A DNA stretch of 64,000 bases from Azolla caroliniana (lineage: Eukaryota > Plantae > Polypodiophyta): contig JBHGNT010000002.1 of NCBI GenBank assembly GCA_043228905.1, forward strand, positions 5,456,001 through 5,520,000. The letters are read 5' to 3'. The position numbers were made by a program, and so were the translations under genes. Positions 12,247 to 24,252 of this stretch are shown here, piece after piece. The notes beneath the pieces are model-generated. The model made no database searches, had not been told where the DNA came from, and saw only the letters and a list, made by a program, of their open reading frames with translations. Position 1 is the stretch's first letter. Every line of letters begins with the position of its first letter.

Positions 12247-13089
12247 GCTGGGATGATGAAACCCCCAAAAAAACAGGAAAAAAACACCTATTTTTGTTAA
12301 AATTAGAAACCTCATTCTGAACAACAAGAAGAATTTGGAAAAATAAAAAAATGCCCAAATATTGTGGGCATATGTATATTCATAATCAGATTGAAGGGAG
12401 GGATTTACATGAGAATCTGGGCTCTTTCTGGAATTGAATCAGAACATTTGTGGAGAGGTAAGAAGGAATGGGATTAGGGGGAGCAGGGTGAAGCAATCTG
12501 CAATTAGGGTTTTTGGGTTGTGTACGTAAATGGGGGGGATTTGGTATGGTATGCAAAGATGAACTGTGACAGGGACACGAAGGAGCAGCAGCCATGGGTG
12601 AGGAGGAGGCTTCGCGGCCATTGTTGTCACCACACGTTTCAATCAAACAGACCACACAAAGCAAATTGGAAGAGGGAATGAAATGCATACATACATTATA
12701 CATAACAAAATGAGAGAAATATATGTATGTATGTAGACATATACACGTAGAATCAATCAATAATAGAATGAATGGTGAAAAACACACAACACACAATTAT
12801 GAACATACATACATACATATATTAATCCACATCCATTTCTTGACCTAACCCTAAAAGCAAACCCCTAATCAAAACTCTCCTAATGAAGAAGGCTTCTTCT
12901 TTTTTAGAACTAATCCCCAAACTCGAACACCCCCCCCCCCTAATCGAAACACTCTCTCCAAATGGAAGAACCTTCGCTACGAGCGGCAATTCGGAACTCC
13001 GACTCCGTTTTAAGATCGGCCACGGCCCATAATTAGAGTTATGTGTACGTTTCCATTCTTTGTCCAGCCCTCGGATGATTGCGCCTTCG

Positions 13090-13460
13090 GAAAGGCTCAA
13101 CAGAGAGAATGATACAAGATATTAGTAGTAACTTGTAAAAATGGTATTTGGCCCCCCCATAAACAAACGCCAATCAACCCACTGGTCGATCTTTTGTTTC
13201 TATTATTTTGTAGTTGTTTCCAGACAAACCCATAATTGGGCAGGATGGGTGTTAATTGTTGCGCCTCGACAAACTCCAAAAATTCTTTGAGATCAAGCCT
13301 CAACTTATCTCCTACTTGCCTCTTTGACCCCCAACGAAACAATCGATTAAACTCAAAGCACAATCTCTCCTTTCCAAGCCTATGTAATAACGACGTTGGC
13401 ATAAGTAACTCTTTTTTACAAAGAATTACAATGCTCTCTACTAGGTGATGGTTTCAGTAC
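13090..13460 (-). mobile_element. Possible decayed LINE (L1-type) endonuclease fragment
   Basis: Translation FEFN...EFLEFVEAQQLTPILPNYGFVWKQLQ resembles the APE-endonuclease pattern GDFN...F..F....L......FTW. Weak, recalled similarity only. Confidence 0.3.
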
Positions 13461-14369
13461 AAACATGTAACAAAAAGTGCTTCTTACCATGAGACAACCA
13501 AGTATTGAACACATGAGGAACAAGGAATACTGAGTGGACCACGGCTTATCAATACTTGCCCACCGTAAAGCCTTAATTGTTGTCATCCCTATCAAATATG
13601 AGAATATAATGGCCGTATTCACATTGCCCCATTGCATTGGTCCTTGAGATCCGTGGCCATCAAACTTGTGCTTGTGTTGTTTGCTCGTGAAGTTGGCCAC
13701 AGGATTTGTTGCTCCCTTAAGTATATTGGCATGGCTCAGTGATCAATTTGATTGCGCTCACATGTCAAGCCATGAGATATTTTAGTTTATAATGTCATTC
13801 AATCGCGTTAGTTCACCGCTTGTGAGAGTTGATTGGTTTGACACCCGAGCCGTTTGATTGTGTTTATTGTCCACGATGTATGTAATTCGAGTTTACTCTA
13901 GGATGACATGTGCATGGACTTTCATAGTACTCATAAAAAGATTAAATGATGGTGTTAGTGTCATTATTTGATGGTACACATACTCATCCACCCTTCGGTA
14001 GTAGGTACCTGATCCTTGATGAAACAAATGTTCCAATCGTATTGATGACACACATACTCATCCACCCTTAGGTAGCTCATACTCGATCAACAAAATAGAA
14101 TCATATGCATAATTTTCCTAGGATACCACCTTTGCATTTTTCATGCTTTCTTAGCAATGTATGTAATTGTTTCTTAGTGGTTTCATGGTTTAACATAGAG
14201 AGCAAACTTGGCATGCTAGTTTAATATTTAATTTTACATTTAAAACTTAAAAGCCTACAAAAGAGCAAGCAAAATTAGAACATTTTGGGCAATTGTGAGT
14301 GTATGGAAGAAAATAAATTGAAGATATTTAAGGACATTGTTTGAGATTCAATTGAATGGAATCGGGGCA

Positions 14370-15260
14370 ACAATGGTGTCAATATACAAGAGACTAGCAA
14401 AATATGGGCATTGAGACACTACTACAATAGGTGAAGAATACTTGTAACATGGGAGAAGATAACAAACATTTCACAAAACATGCAAGGAAGTGAGGGCAAT
14501 GATGTTGATCTTGTGACAATTAGTCAACATGAGCAAGTGACGTTCATGCAATGCAATACAACCAAATATGATTTTGGTGCTAAAGTGAATAATGTCCTCA
14601 ACACTGGCCCCATCATGGCCACAAAAATAGCATGAACTGATTCATACAACAATTGCAATAAAAATATATTCAAGCCCCACACTTACATTGCAAGGTCAAA
14701 CCATAATATATCTTATATCAGTTCATCATCACATGGTATGTGAGGTAATGTAACATTTGGCATACACATCATGCAAAATGACGTAACAAACATTATAGGT
14801 AAGTTCGGGTTAATTGTAATATGGAATATCCAAAACAATGCTTGTTTCATAGCATCTCGCAATTGAAACATCAAATGAGAATGCCATAACACGATGGCAG
14901 ATAGACTAACATATAAAATCAAGGGAAATAACATAGTAGCAAGCTTTAATTCTAGATTTCAATAGTTTCGTAAGAGCTGATATTCTCAGATGTTTTAGCA
15001 AGAAACGAGACACTTAAACAAAAATAATGAAGCCCCAAGATAAAGTGTGTTAGGGAATACATGTTAACAACATGAAGGTTGATACATAAAAGTATGCTAC
15101 ATGACTAGACAAATGTAGGTTGTAAGATTGGTAGAGAAGCATCAACATCTTATACATTTCCTGATGTGTGGATAGTGTGGGTAGTGAAGCATCGACATCA
15201 AGTACATTTCTCGTTGTTATATCACCAACAAATTTAGCATAACCATCATACATATTGCTA
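14370..15260 (-). mobile_element. Possible heavily decayed CACTA (Tnp2-like) fragment
   Basis: Fragments VILHDVYAK and QCPYFASLL occur in an order reminiscent of the Tnp2 N-terminal region. Very degenerate. Confidence 0.2.
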
Positions 15261-17984
15261 GGAATTTCCTTTTCAATTTGACCATTCGTATGTTATTCTG
15301 TGCTTTGAGAAACTCTATTGAGCAAAATATTTCTCGCTATCCTTTTATGTGCCACTAGAGAGAGACGACATTGCTGGGAATAGAATTTGATGTTGTGGAA
15401 TGGAATGTTATAACAATCTCCGAGCCACAAAGCATCTTCTTCAATTTTCTTATGAAGCTCCACCTACACTTTTCATATCATCATAGTTCTTTGGAGATGT
15501 CCCCAAGCCTCTTTTAACTTGTGATAACCATCTAGAATTTTTATTGTCCAAGTTAAAAAAAAGAATCATTAATACTAGATCTTCAAAATGATCTAAATGT
15601 AGGGGATTGCATTGAGGTTTCTAGGTCTGTCAAAATGTTGATGAATCACATGAAAAGGTAGTTCCAAAAGTTTCGTGAGATGAAAATTAACTTCTTTTCG
15701 TGACCCTAGAATTTTCCTCATACGATAATCCAATTGTGTATCTTACTAATGTCATAGTACATCTATGATGCTTATAAGAATAACCATCTTTTCAATTTTG
15801 ATGAAAGATGGTGTTCATGATGTGGGTGCATCGTTCCATCACATGTCGAAATGATGGTTCTTGAAGGAGAAGGGTAATGCTTGGATTGTGAATGATAAGA
15901 GCCAACAAAGTTGTTTGATATTAAAAGGAACCAAGTTCAAGCACGGTGCACCAACAAAGTTTTGACAAATTAAGACACCCATTCTTGAATGTTCAAGATC
16001 AACAAGCCTATCACCTCATAATTCTAAAATGAGTTAGTGAATTTGAAATGGGATAATGTTCAAGATCAACAAGCCTATCACCTCAATAGGTTTTGAATTA
16101 GTCTTTTGGGAAGTGAATTATGTTTTCAAACAAGAGAAAATTTACTCAATGGAGTCCACTGCATACTTATTAAATAAATGTTTGATCTTGGGGCTTTTAG
16201 AGGCTTGTCAAAGTCTTAGGTTTTGTTTTAGGAACTTTGGCACTTAATTGGGTGCAAATTCCTTAGGTACCTTTTATTGTCAAGAACTTGGTCCAAAGCT
16301 TTGTTGGTCCCCTTTAAGCTCTTAAACGTTTTGTACTTTGAATAAGTCTCTTTTATTGATTATTTAGTCACAACAATGTTGGACCATTGAAAACTTTCAG
16401 CATTGTCCAATATGTAGATCGTGGCTAAAATCGAGGCACTAACCCATATTGGGAACTAGACGTTGAAGAAAAAGAAACACAAACACAATTTATATACTCT
16501 AATACAAAGTCTTTATAATGTTATGTGTGTAGGGAAAGCGTAAGACTCCCAACATTGAATTGATATTTCGAGGTTGAAACCATGCATTAGATTCATGTCT
16601 TGTTGCAATACACGGGATGCCATCATTTTAGTTCCATTAGCTTAAGTACAAACATGTTAAATGTTCACATGAATGATTTGAGATCAACTATTGTTGAATG
16701 ATGACATGATTGATTGAGATGAGTTATCATTGAATGACTATATGGACAACAAAGATCTCCATGATGACCTTGTGAACGTGGGCACAATGGAAAAGGGACA
16801 TATGTTGGAGCTTTGTTTGGCGTGCATGTGTGTTGGGGTGGTGGTGGGGGTCCATGACAATGGGCGTGAGTAATCCACGGGTTACCAAGTTGAAGCAATT
16901 TGGGGACAACATGCATCACATACTAAGATTCACGTTTGCACTTGTTGTGGCTCAACTTCTCAACTATGGACGTAACTAATGATGTCTCATACCTTCCATG
17001 GGCAGGGTTTTAGGACTTAAGAACACACTTGATGTTATGGGCATGGCCATAATTTATCTACGTGTATAGAATACTACGGTACAAACTTACCACGAGATAA
17101 TTTGTGGTCATGCCCGTAACACTTGATATGAAACTGATTGATGTATGGTGTATCTCCACTTTGGGAAAGCCGCAAAAGAAACATTTTCCTCGTGGCTTAA
17201 GGCATCTCCTGTATGCAAGGCCCCAACCACAATACTTCCTAAGAATGAATACCTTAGCTCTCAATGTTAATCAAGATTGCTAACTCGCTTCAATCACACA
17301 GTTTTGCCCAAATATATGCGATTGGAATACCCACACATTTATAGCTTGCACCTCCATCCACACATGTCTCTACAATACAACATTCATTTGCTCGAGATTT
17401 TGGCAAGGCTTCCTATTCCTATCCCCCAACTAATGTCCGATCAAGCTTTCGTGATCCACCATCCAGATGTGCAAAATCGAGGAACCCTGTAAACTTATTC
17501 TAAGTACTACTATGCCAATACACCCTCTTGGATATACCGACACATAGATCTTGCTGTCCTAATCGCCATTAAATATCTCTATATGTTGGCCAATCGACAC
17601 TCCAATCAGTAAATCGTAAATGATCTTATAATGACGATGTCTTCTTCATATATATCTCTCCCTCTCTCCTGGATGGTTGGTGAGGGTGTGGAGGTTCACA
17701 GGTTCAAAACCAACCCTCCCTGCTATAACAGTAGTTGTTACAAGGTAGGAAGGAGCAGACACACATGCACACGTGCTTAGGTCTATCTATAAAAGTAGAT
17801 AAATAGGAAAATAAGAGCAAAAAAGGAAAATGTGGATTTAGCAAATTAAAGAGCGAAGGAAAAGAGCAAAAATAAATAAATAAAGGGAGAAAAAAAAAAA
17901 CGAAAAAAAATGGATAAACAGCAAAAACAAAGAAGAAGAAGAAGAAGATAAAGAAAACAAAGAGAGACGAAAAAAAAAAACAAA

Positions 17985-18295
17985 TAAGTGGAATAAAAAT
18001 GGAGATTACATAAATAAACAGAAGTACTTAAAAAAAGGGGAATAAAATGGGGCAGGGAAAAATAAAAAAAGAGGAATAAAATAAATAAGAAATAATTAAA
18101 AAAGGCAATAAATTGGGGTTGGAAAAATAAAAATTACAGGAATAAAAGTGGAGATAAATAAATAGGAAATAAATTAAAAAAGGGAATAAATTGGGGTAGG
18201 GAAAAATAAAAATAGAAATAAATAAAATGGAGATAAGTGAGCAGGAAGTAATTAAAAAAAAAGGGAATAAAAAATGGATAGGAAGAAATAAGATT
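17985..18295. repeat. Degenerate purine-rich tandem repeats (~70-75 bp)
   Basis: Recurring aataaaatggagataaataaat...aattaaaaaagggaataaattggggtagggaaaaataaaa, about 4 imperfect units. Confidence 0.65.
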
Positions 18296-18741
18296 AGGAA
18301 GAGGGAGTGGATAAATGGGCCTTTAATTAAATAGATTTTTCATATTTTTATGTTGGCTTTTATTATTATTAATATTTAGTTTCAGGGGGGGGGGGGTTGA
18401 ATTAATGGGCAGTAATTAATTAGCGACTTAATTGGATTAATCGGATGATTTTGTTATTATTGTGTTTCGTGCGTGCGGGGAGAACTGCATTCAAGAAGCA
18501 ATTAGGAGGAATCGGATGGATCCTCACCGTCCAAAACAGGTGATCCCAAGGCACGGCCAGATTAATCTACGCCGTCCGTTGGGATTCTTTCCAATTTCTC
18601 TTATACTGTTAAACCCCCCAAAAAAACAGTACAGAAATAACTGTTATTCGAAAATTATTTTTTATTTCGGTTTTTTTTTTTGGGGGTCTATTATTTCGTT
18701 TTTTATTTTCTTTTAATCTATTTATTTATTTGTTAAAAATT

Positions 18742-18990
18742 CATAGTATGTAATATTCGCGTTCGTTAGCCCAAACATTCGTTTCATACGTTCCAGAAAC
18801 GATTGCGTATGTTATTAAAACATTCGTGTTTTTCTTTTCACTTTTTGCCAACGAAAAATTTTACCTTATAATAAATAATGAGTGCAAAAGTATGGTATCT
18901 ACCATTACTTCGAGGGTGTTTTTCATACTCGAATTTATACGAATGTTGGAGAATGCGAATGCACGAATGGTACATATGCTTCATACGCAG
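18742..18990. mobile_element. ~250-bp MITE related to the 7539-8390 hAT element, opposite orientation
   Basis: Left end catagtatgtaatattcgcgttcgt matches the reverse complement of ~8366-8390. Right end (reverse complement ...gtgcattcgcattc) matches ~7545-7580. TSD not clean. Confidence 0.6.
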
Positions 18991-19994
18991 AAAATTTGTT
19001 TTTGTGTTTCTCTCTCTTCTGTGTCTGTCTCTGCGCGCGCAGCAGCCGCCCCCGCCATAGCCAGAAAGCTCCGATCCTTCCTTTATATTTATACGTTATT
19101 GTGCCATAGCTTCTCCATCATTCATCCTGCCATAGCTTCTCAATCAGAAGAACTCTCTGTCTGTCTTTCTGTCTTTCTGTTTGTCTGTGCCTGTCTCCAC
19201 CATCATCATCGTCTTCTTCATTTCCCCGTTTCTGCTTCTCCTCCTTCCATCGCCTGTGCTTCTTCTTCTTCTTCTTCTTCTTCATCTTCTTTATTATCAT
19301 CTCCATCCTCTCCATCGTCTGTTTCTTCCTCTTCCCCATCCCTTCTTTCTACCATATCCTCTTCTTCATTTTCTGCTCCTTACCTCCCCCTTCTTCTTCA
19401 AGTTCTTCTTCTTCTTCGATTTCATCACTTTTCCTGTGCCTCTCTTTCGCTCTCTGCAGTTTCTTGTTTCTTCCTCGACCATTCTCGCCCTGCAGCTCAG
19501 CCCGTACCCATTCGGTATTTTCCAGCTTCCTTTCTGGTTTCTGCAGACCTCTTTTAATCAAATAGCTTCTCTGCATCACATGCTTTAATTCCCAGAGGTT
19601 TTACTTACTGCTTTCTTCCTCGCTTAATCTTATCTCTTGCCTTGCCAAAATTAGGGTTTGTTTTCCTCTTCTATAACTAGGATCCCCCCTCCTCTAATTC
19701 CTTTAAGAAATTCGCGACTCTATTTCATCTTCCTTTCCTTGCCAATTACTAATCTTTAATCGAGTCGAGCAATCCTTACGATCATTATTGGATCCGTAGG
19801 ATTTCTTCCCCGCATACGAATTATATGATTTTACGTGGCTTTATTATAATGGCAAGCTTCACCATTAATCCTTTATCTCTGCAATCTTCAGCACTTCGTC
19901 ATAACCAGCATTACATAACATATTCAGCATTGTAAATATTTCATCTGATTCATCACTCTGAGATCATTATATAATCTCTCGATATATTTAAATA

Positions 19995-22900
19995 ATGATG
20001 CGCAGGGTTTTCCCACTCAGGCCTGCAGACGCCATTCATCTTCACACGATAACCTTCTCTGATAATAAAAATGAGGCCTTGATGGAGGAAGACACCATAG
20101 CCGATGATAATCGTATCACGACCAAGAGATCATCCCTGAAGAGATCACATGTCTCTCTGGACGAATCTTCTTTCTGCGCTTTAATGGCGCCCTTTGCTTC
20201 AACAGAAGACCTAGAAAATCAAGATCCCATGGCCTCTTGCATGTCCAGCGATCACCCTATCTTCTTCAAATCGGGGAGCAAGAGTATATCCAGTTTAGTA
20301 ACGCTAAAAAAGAATTATACTTCTCCCATTTCTTCCTCTTATCCTCGCTCTGCAGAGAAATCATTCAGAGAATTAGAATATGGAGGAGACGATCGCAGAA
20401 TGCACGATCGTAATTCAAGCTTCGATTTCTCGGTGGATTCTGGTATGGAAGGATGCGAAGGGATCACAAATTCTTCTTCTTCATCATCATCATCGTCCTT
20501 GTCTTCATCAACTAGTTTTGAAGCATCTGAGTAAGTAGTTTTCTTTCTTGTTCTTTCGTTCTGTCATTCTTAGATCATTATCATCCAAACATCTGATCGT
20601 TATTGTTATTTCTACAGTAATCAAGTCAAACTCTGAGAAATCTTCATCATCTTCTTCCTTTCTCTCCGTATCCATGCATCAATCGCTCATAGATAGTATT
20701 CTGCATCATTTGATTAGAATTTAGTTGTAAGTAGATGATCTTGACTATGCAACTCTCAAGCCATGGTTCCTCATATGTTTACTGGATACCTTTTGTCTTT
20801 TTCTGGTCTCTTTCTCTGATGAGTTATTTCATGCCATCCTTCTTCTGTTCCGGAATCTCCTCTCCTCTCCTCTCCTTTCTTTCTTTCTTTCTCGCCGATT
20901 CCTTGTCTTTAGAGGTCATCCTTCTTTTTCATTCATTCATTTCTTCTTCTTCTTCTTCTTCTTCCCCTCCTTCTTCAATGTTTCTTCTTCTTAATCTTCA
21001 CTGTCTCTGTCTTAATCATCGTCTCCATCTTTAATCTTCTTCTCCTCCTCCTCCTCCTTCTTGAATCTTTTTCTCCTGGTTGTTATTACTATTTCTTGCT
21101 TAAAAAATAAGCCTTGTTGATCAGAATGATTTCTTCTCTCTTCAATTATATTTAGCAGGTCCATGGTTGAGTACTACTATGAATCCATAGATTCGAGTAC
21201 AGAAGCTTCCTCAAATAGCCATCCCTCACGAAGCTATATTGTTACCCAAAAGGAAAACGCAACAGAAGCTAAAAATTCCTGTGCAGACCAAACCATGAAG
21301 CTCCATCTCGATCATCCCATGTCACCTCTCCATAACAGTAGTGCAGACAAGACCGTAGACTCCATTAAGATCGTCTCCTCTCGTGGACATATCAATGGCT
21401 CCATCGCGGACCATATTCTTGATGATGATCTCGTCATCGATTCTCATCCTCGATCTCCATTAGGTCCTGACCATCATACTTCGCTTTTCTCCATGGATAT
21501 GTCTACCACTAATTCCTGCACCAAGCTTCCTTACCCTAATTGTGTAAAGAAGCTTCACGGAGGCTTTAAGTTCCTCAGTTCGTGCCATTATTCTCCGTTT
21601 AGATATTTCTCTGCGTGTCTGTTACCAAGAAGAAAACTTCATCGTCGTCATCATAATAAAAAAGTTAACGATGCGTATGCTTATAATATCACTTCAGATC
21701 AACAAAGAAATTGTGATATAACCTCGATCATCAGCCCTACTGCAGAGATCAGTACTAGTGCAGCTGTTCGGAATTCTCCTTCTGCAATCAGAGTAGACAT
21801 GTCTTCAATAAATGGATCAGAAAAATCATCAGAAGTCGCAGAGAAACTTGATCATAGCCAGGTTCATAGCTTGCGTGATGAGCCATCTTCATCTCCGCCG
21901 ATTCGTCACAAGTGCCAATCTTTCCGTCTTAATTCATGTACCCTCGCTCAACAAGAAAGCCACGGAGATGAATCCCGACGTAATATTTACTATAAATCAC
22001 TGTGTAAGATTAAGGATCGGAAGGCAGCTTCTTTCCATTATGGCTCCAATTATTCTAGGCCTGTATCGGCAGAGGTTATTAAGCCAACCTTATCTTGCAG
22101 ATCGAAGATGGATGAAAGGAAGATATTAAAGAAAGGGTTGAACAGAATTATTTCTAAGTTCCCTCGTCGCCCGATCACTGATCACAATTCTGCAGAGCTA
22201 AATTTGGATGAAGAAGAAGAGATTTTTCTGCGGAAGTATCTGGCTTTGAAAGGTGAAATTAGCAGGCTTTGGAAGGAGAAGGGACGTTTGGCTCAAGACT
22301 TGTTCACTGAAGTGAAAGCTTGGATCGCCAACGACCAGAAGATAAATGCTAGAGTTTCAGATCGAGATGTAGTACTTAAATATAATCAAAATGTTGATCA
22401 AGGCACAGCACATGAATACTACTCGAAGATTGAAGCCGATCCTCAGCGTCAGAAGCGAAAACAAAGCTACGTCCAAAATTGCTTAGAGAAGGAGCAAGAA
22501 ATCAAACGGAGTAAGGAATGGTCTGCTAGAATAGAGAAAATCAAAACAGAAGAAAGAAGACTGAGAGATAGAGTCATAGAGATGGCCGAAGAGATGGTGA
22601 AGATGCAGAGAGAAGTTTCTTCATGTAGATCAAGAGAAGCCTTTTTACAGTCACAAACAGAAGATTATGAAGCTGCTCTGCAAGCATTGGTTGCGAAATG
22701 CAGAAAGAGTGACGAAGAAATGGAAAAGTTGAAGCTTTCCATGGAATCTGTCAATATGAAATTGAGGTGTAAGGAAGAAGAAGTCTGTGTTCTGAGACAA
22801 GAGAATAAGGCTATGGCGTTGGAGAAGGAGGAGATATTGAAGGAATTTGTGTGGTTAAAACGAGCCTCTGAGGAGCAAGCTCTGACATTTGAAGAAATAT

Positions 22901-24252
22901 GGAAGCATTTGGTTGATTTGGTGAATAATTGCTCTGCAGATGACGATCAATGCAACATAATTAAAGAGCAGGGCATTGGAAAGCTACATAGAAATCTGAT
23001 CAGATTAGCTCTGAGAGAAGAATCTCTCTTGAAAGAAATAGGGTTTCTGCGTGCTGAGTTTGCTACCATCACTAAACCAGCAGCAACTATATTAAGTACT
23101 ACTGCTAGCTGTGATCCGAATTCAAAATCTAATCTTCATACTCAGGTAAATCAGCCCAAGATCCTAAACCTTGAAGAATAAATGTGAAAACCCCTTTTAG
23201 ATCAAAGGACAATTGAGAACCCTAAGACCCACCTAAATCGTAAACAACCCTAAAGCCCCGTTCGATGAAAAATTTCCCCCCCTAATTAATACAAGTGTAA
23301 ACCCAGTGTATGCTCAATGTTTTGATATATTGAATTTATGGCTAACAGACAGATGGAAGTGAAAGCAACAGTTGCAATACAAGCAGCGAAATGAGAAATA
23401 GTGAAGGGAATCAACAAGGTGTTGATCATAGCCTGAACATGGAGAGAATGCTGTGTTTGGCCAACAGGCGGGTGTGGCAACTCGAACATGAAGTAAGTAT
23501 AAGTTATATCTGCTGGTCCAATATCTTAGATTCATGTGGGTTTAGAGTGGTAGTTCTAATCGGAAATGAACATTTGAACATCTTTGGTTTGTGTCTATAC
23601 GGATTGCATTTTGAACCCTAAAATCCACCATTCTGTCATCTAAATATCAGAGTTGTTGTAGCTGAGAAATACACATTTTTTTACCTCTGGTAGGGTTTAG
23701 GGTTTGAAACATACACATTTTGACGTAATCGGTGTATTAATGTCTAATAGGGTTTTTAGATATTTTATCATATCTAAAATATGGTTTAGGATTGCACTTA
23801 ATTTGAAGGAGGCACAAATTTTACATGGGTTTAGGGTTTATGGTATTGTGTTGCACTTTAACTTTAAAAAATTGCCACATTTTGACATCCAACAGGGTTC
23901 AGGGTTCATGGTTTAGGGTTTAGGGTTATATTTTGTTGTGAAATAGCACATGTTTTGACATCTTATTATACTATAACAGCTCGGCATTAGAGATGATGAG
24001 GTAAAGCTCTTGCAATTGAATCTGCGAGAGAGCGAATGGGAGCTGAAAGAGCTCCGGAACGAGCTCTCATGGGCCAACATTCAAAAGGATGAATTCCAGA
24101 AGCAATTTGAGGAGAAAGGTGAGGAATGTACAAGGCTAGCTTCTGAGATAGCTGAGCTCAAAGAGCTAGCAGAGAAGCTAGATGATGAATTGATGCTAAA
24201 AGAGGGTGAGATCTCCATCCTTAGGGAAGCCTATAGTGACAGTGACTTCTAG
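19995..24252 (+). CDS. Large coiled-coil protein, At2g39300/At3g55060-like family, 4 exons, ~979 aa
   Basis: Exons 19995-20530, 21159-23145, 23349-23492, 23980-24252 (GT-AG, phases consistent, 2940 nt). Motifs KRSKEWSARIEKIKTEERRLRDRVIEMAEEMVKMQREVSS and C-terminal LDDELMLKEGEISILRE resemble that plant family as recalled. Long Ser-rich N-terminus. Confidence 0.8.

Noticed and set aside
12386-12796. 136-aa and 67-aa minus ORFs upstream of COP1
   Set aside because: Low-complexity leader/promoter sequence with no recognisable motifs. Possible uORFs cannot be supported without TSS data.
13965-16090. Short direct duplications (~13968/14042 and ~15988/16055)
   Set aside because: Ordinary ~30-bp local duplications in decayed intergenic DNA.
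18826-19588. 243-aa, 135-aa and antisense ORFs
   Set aside because: They arise from CT/CTT-rich leader sequence that lacks stops; poly-Ser/Leu composition and no domain.
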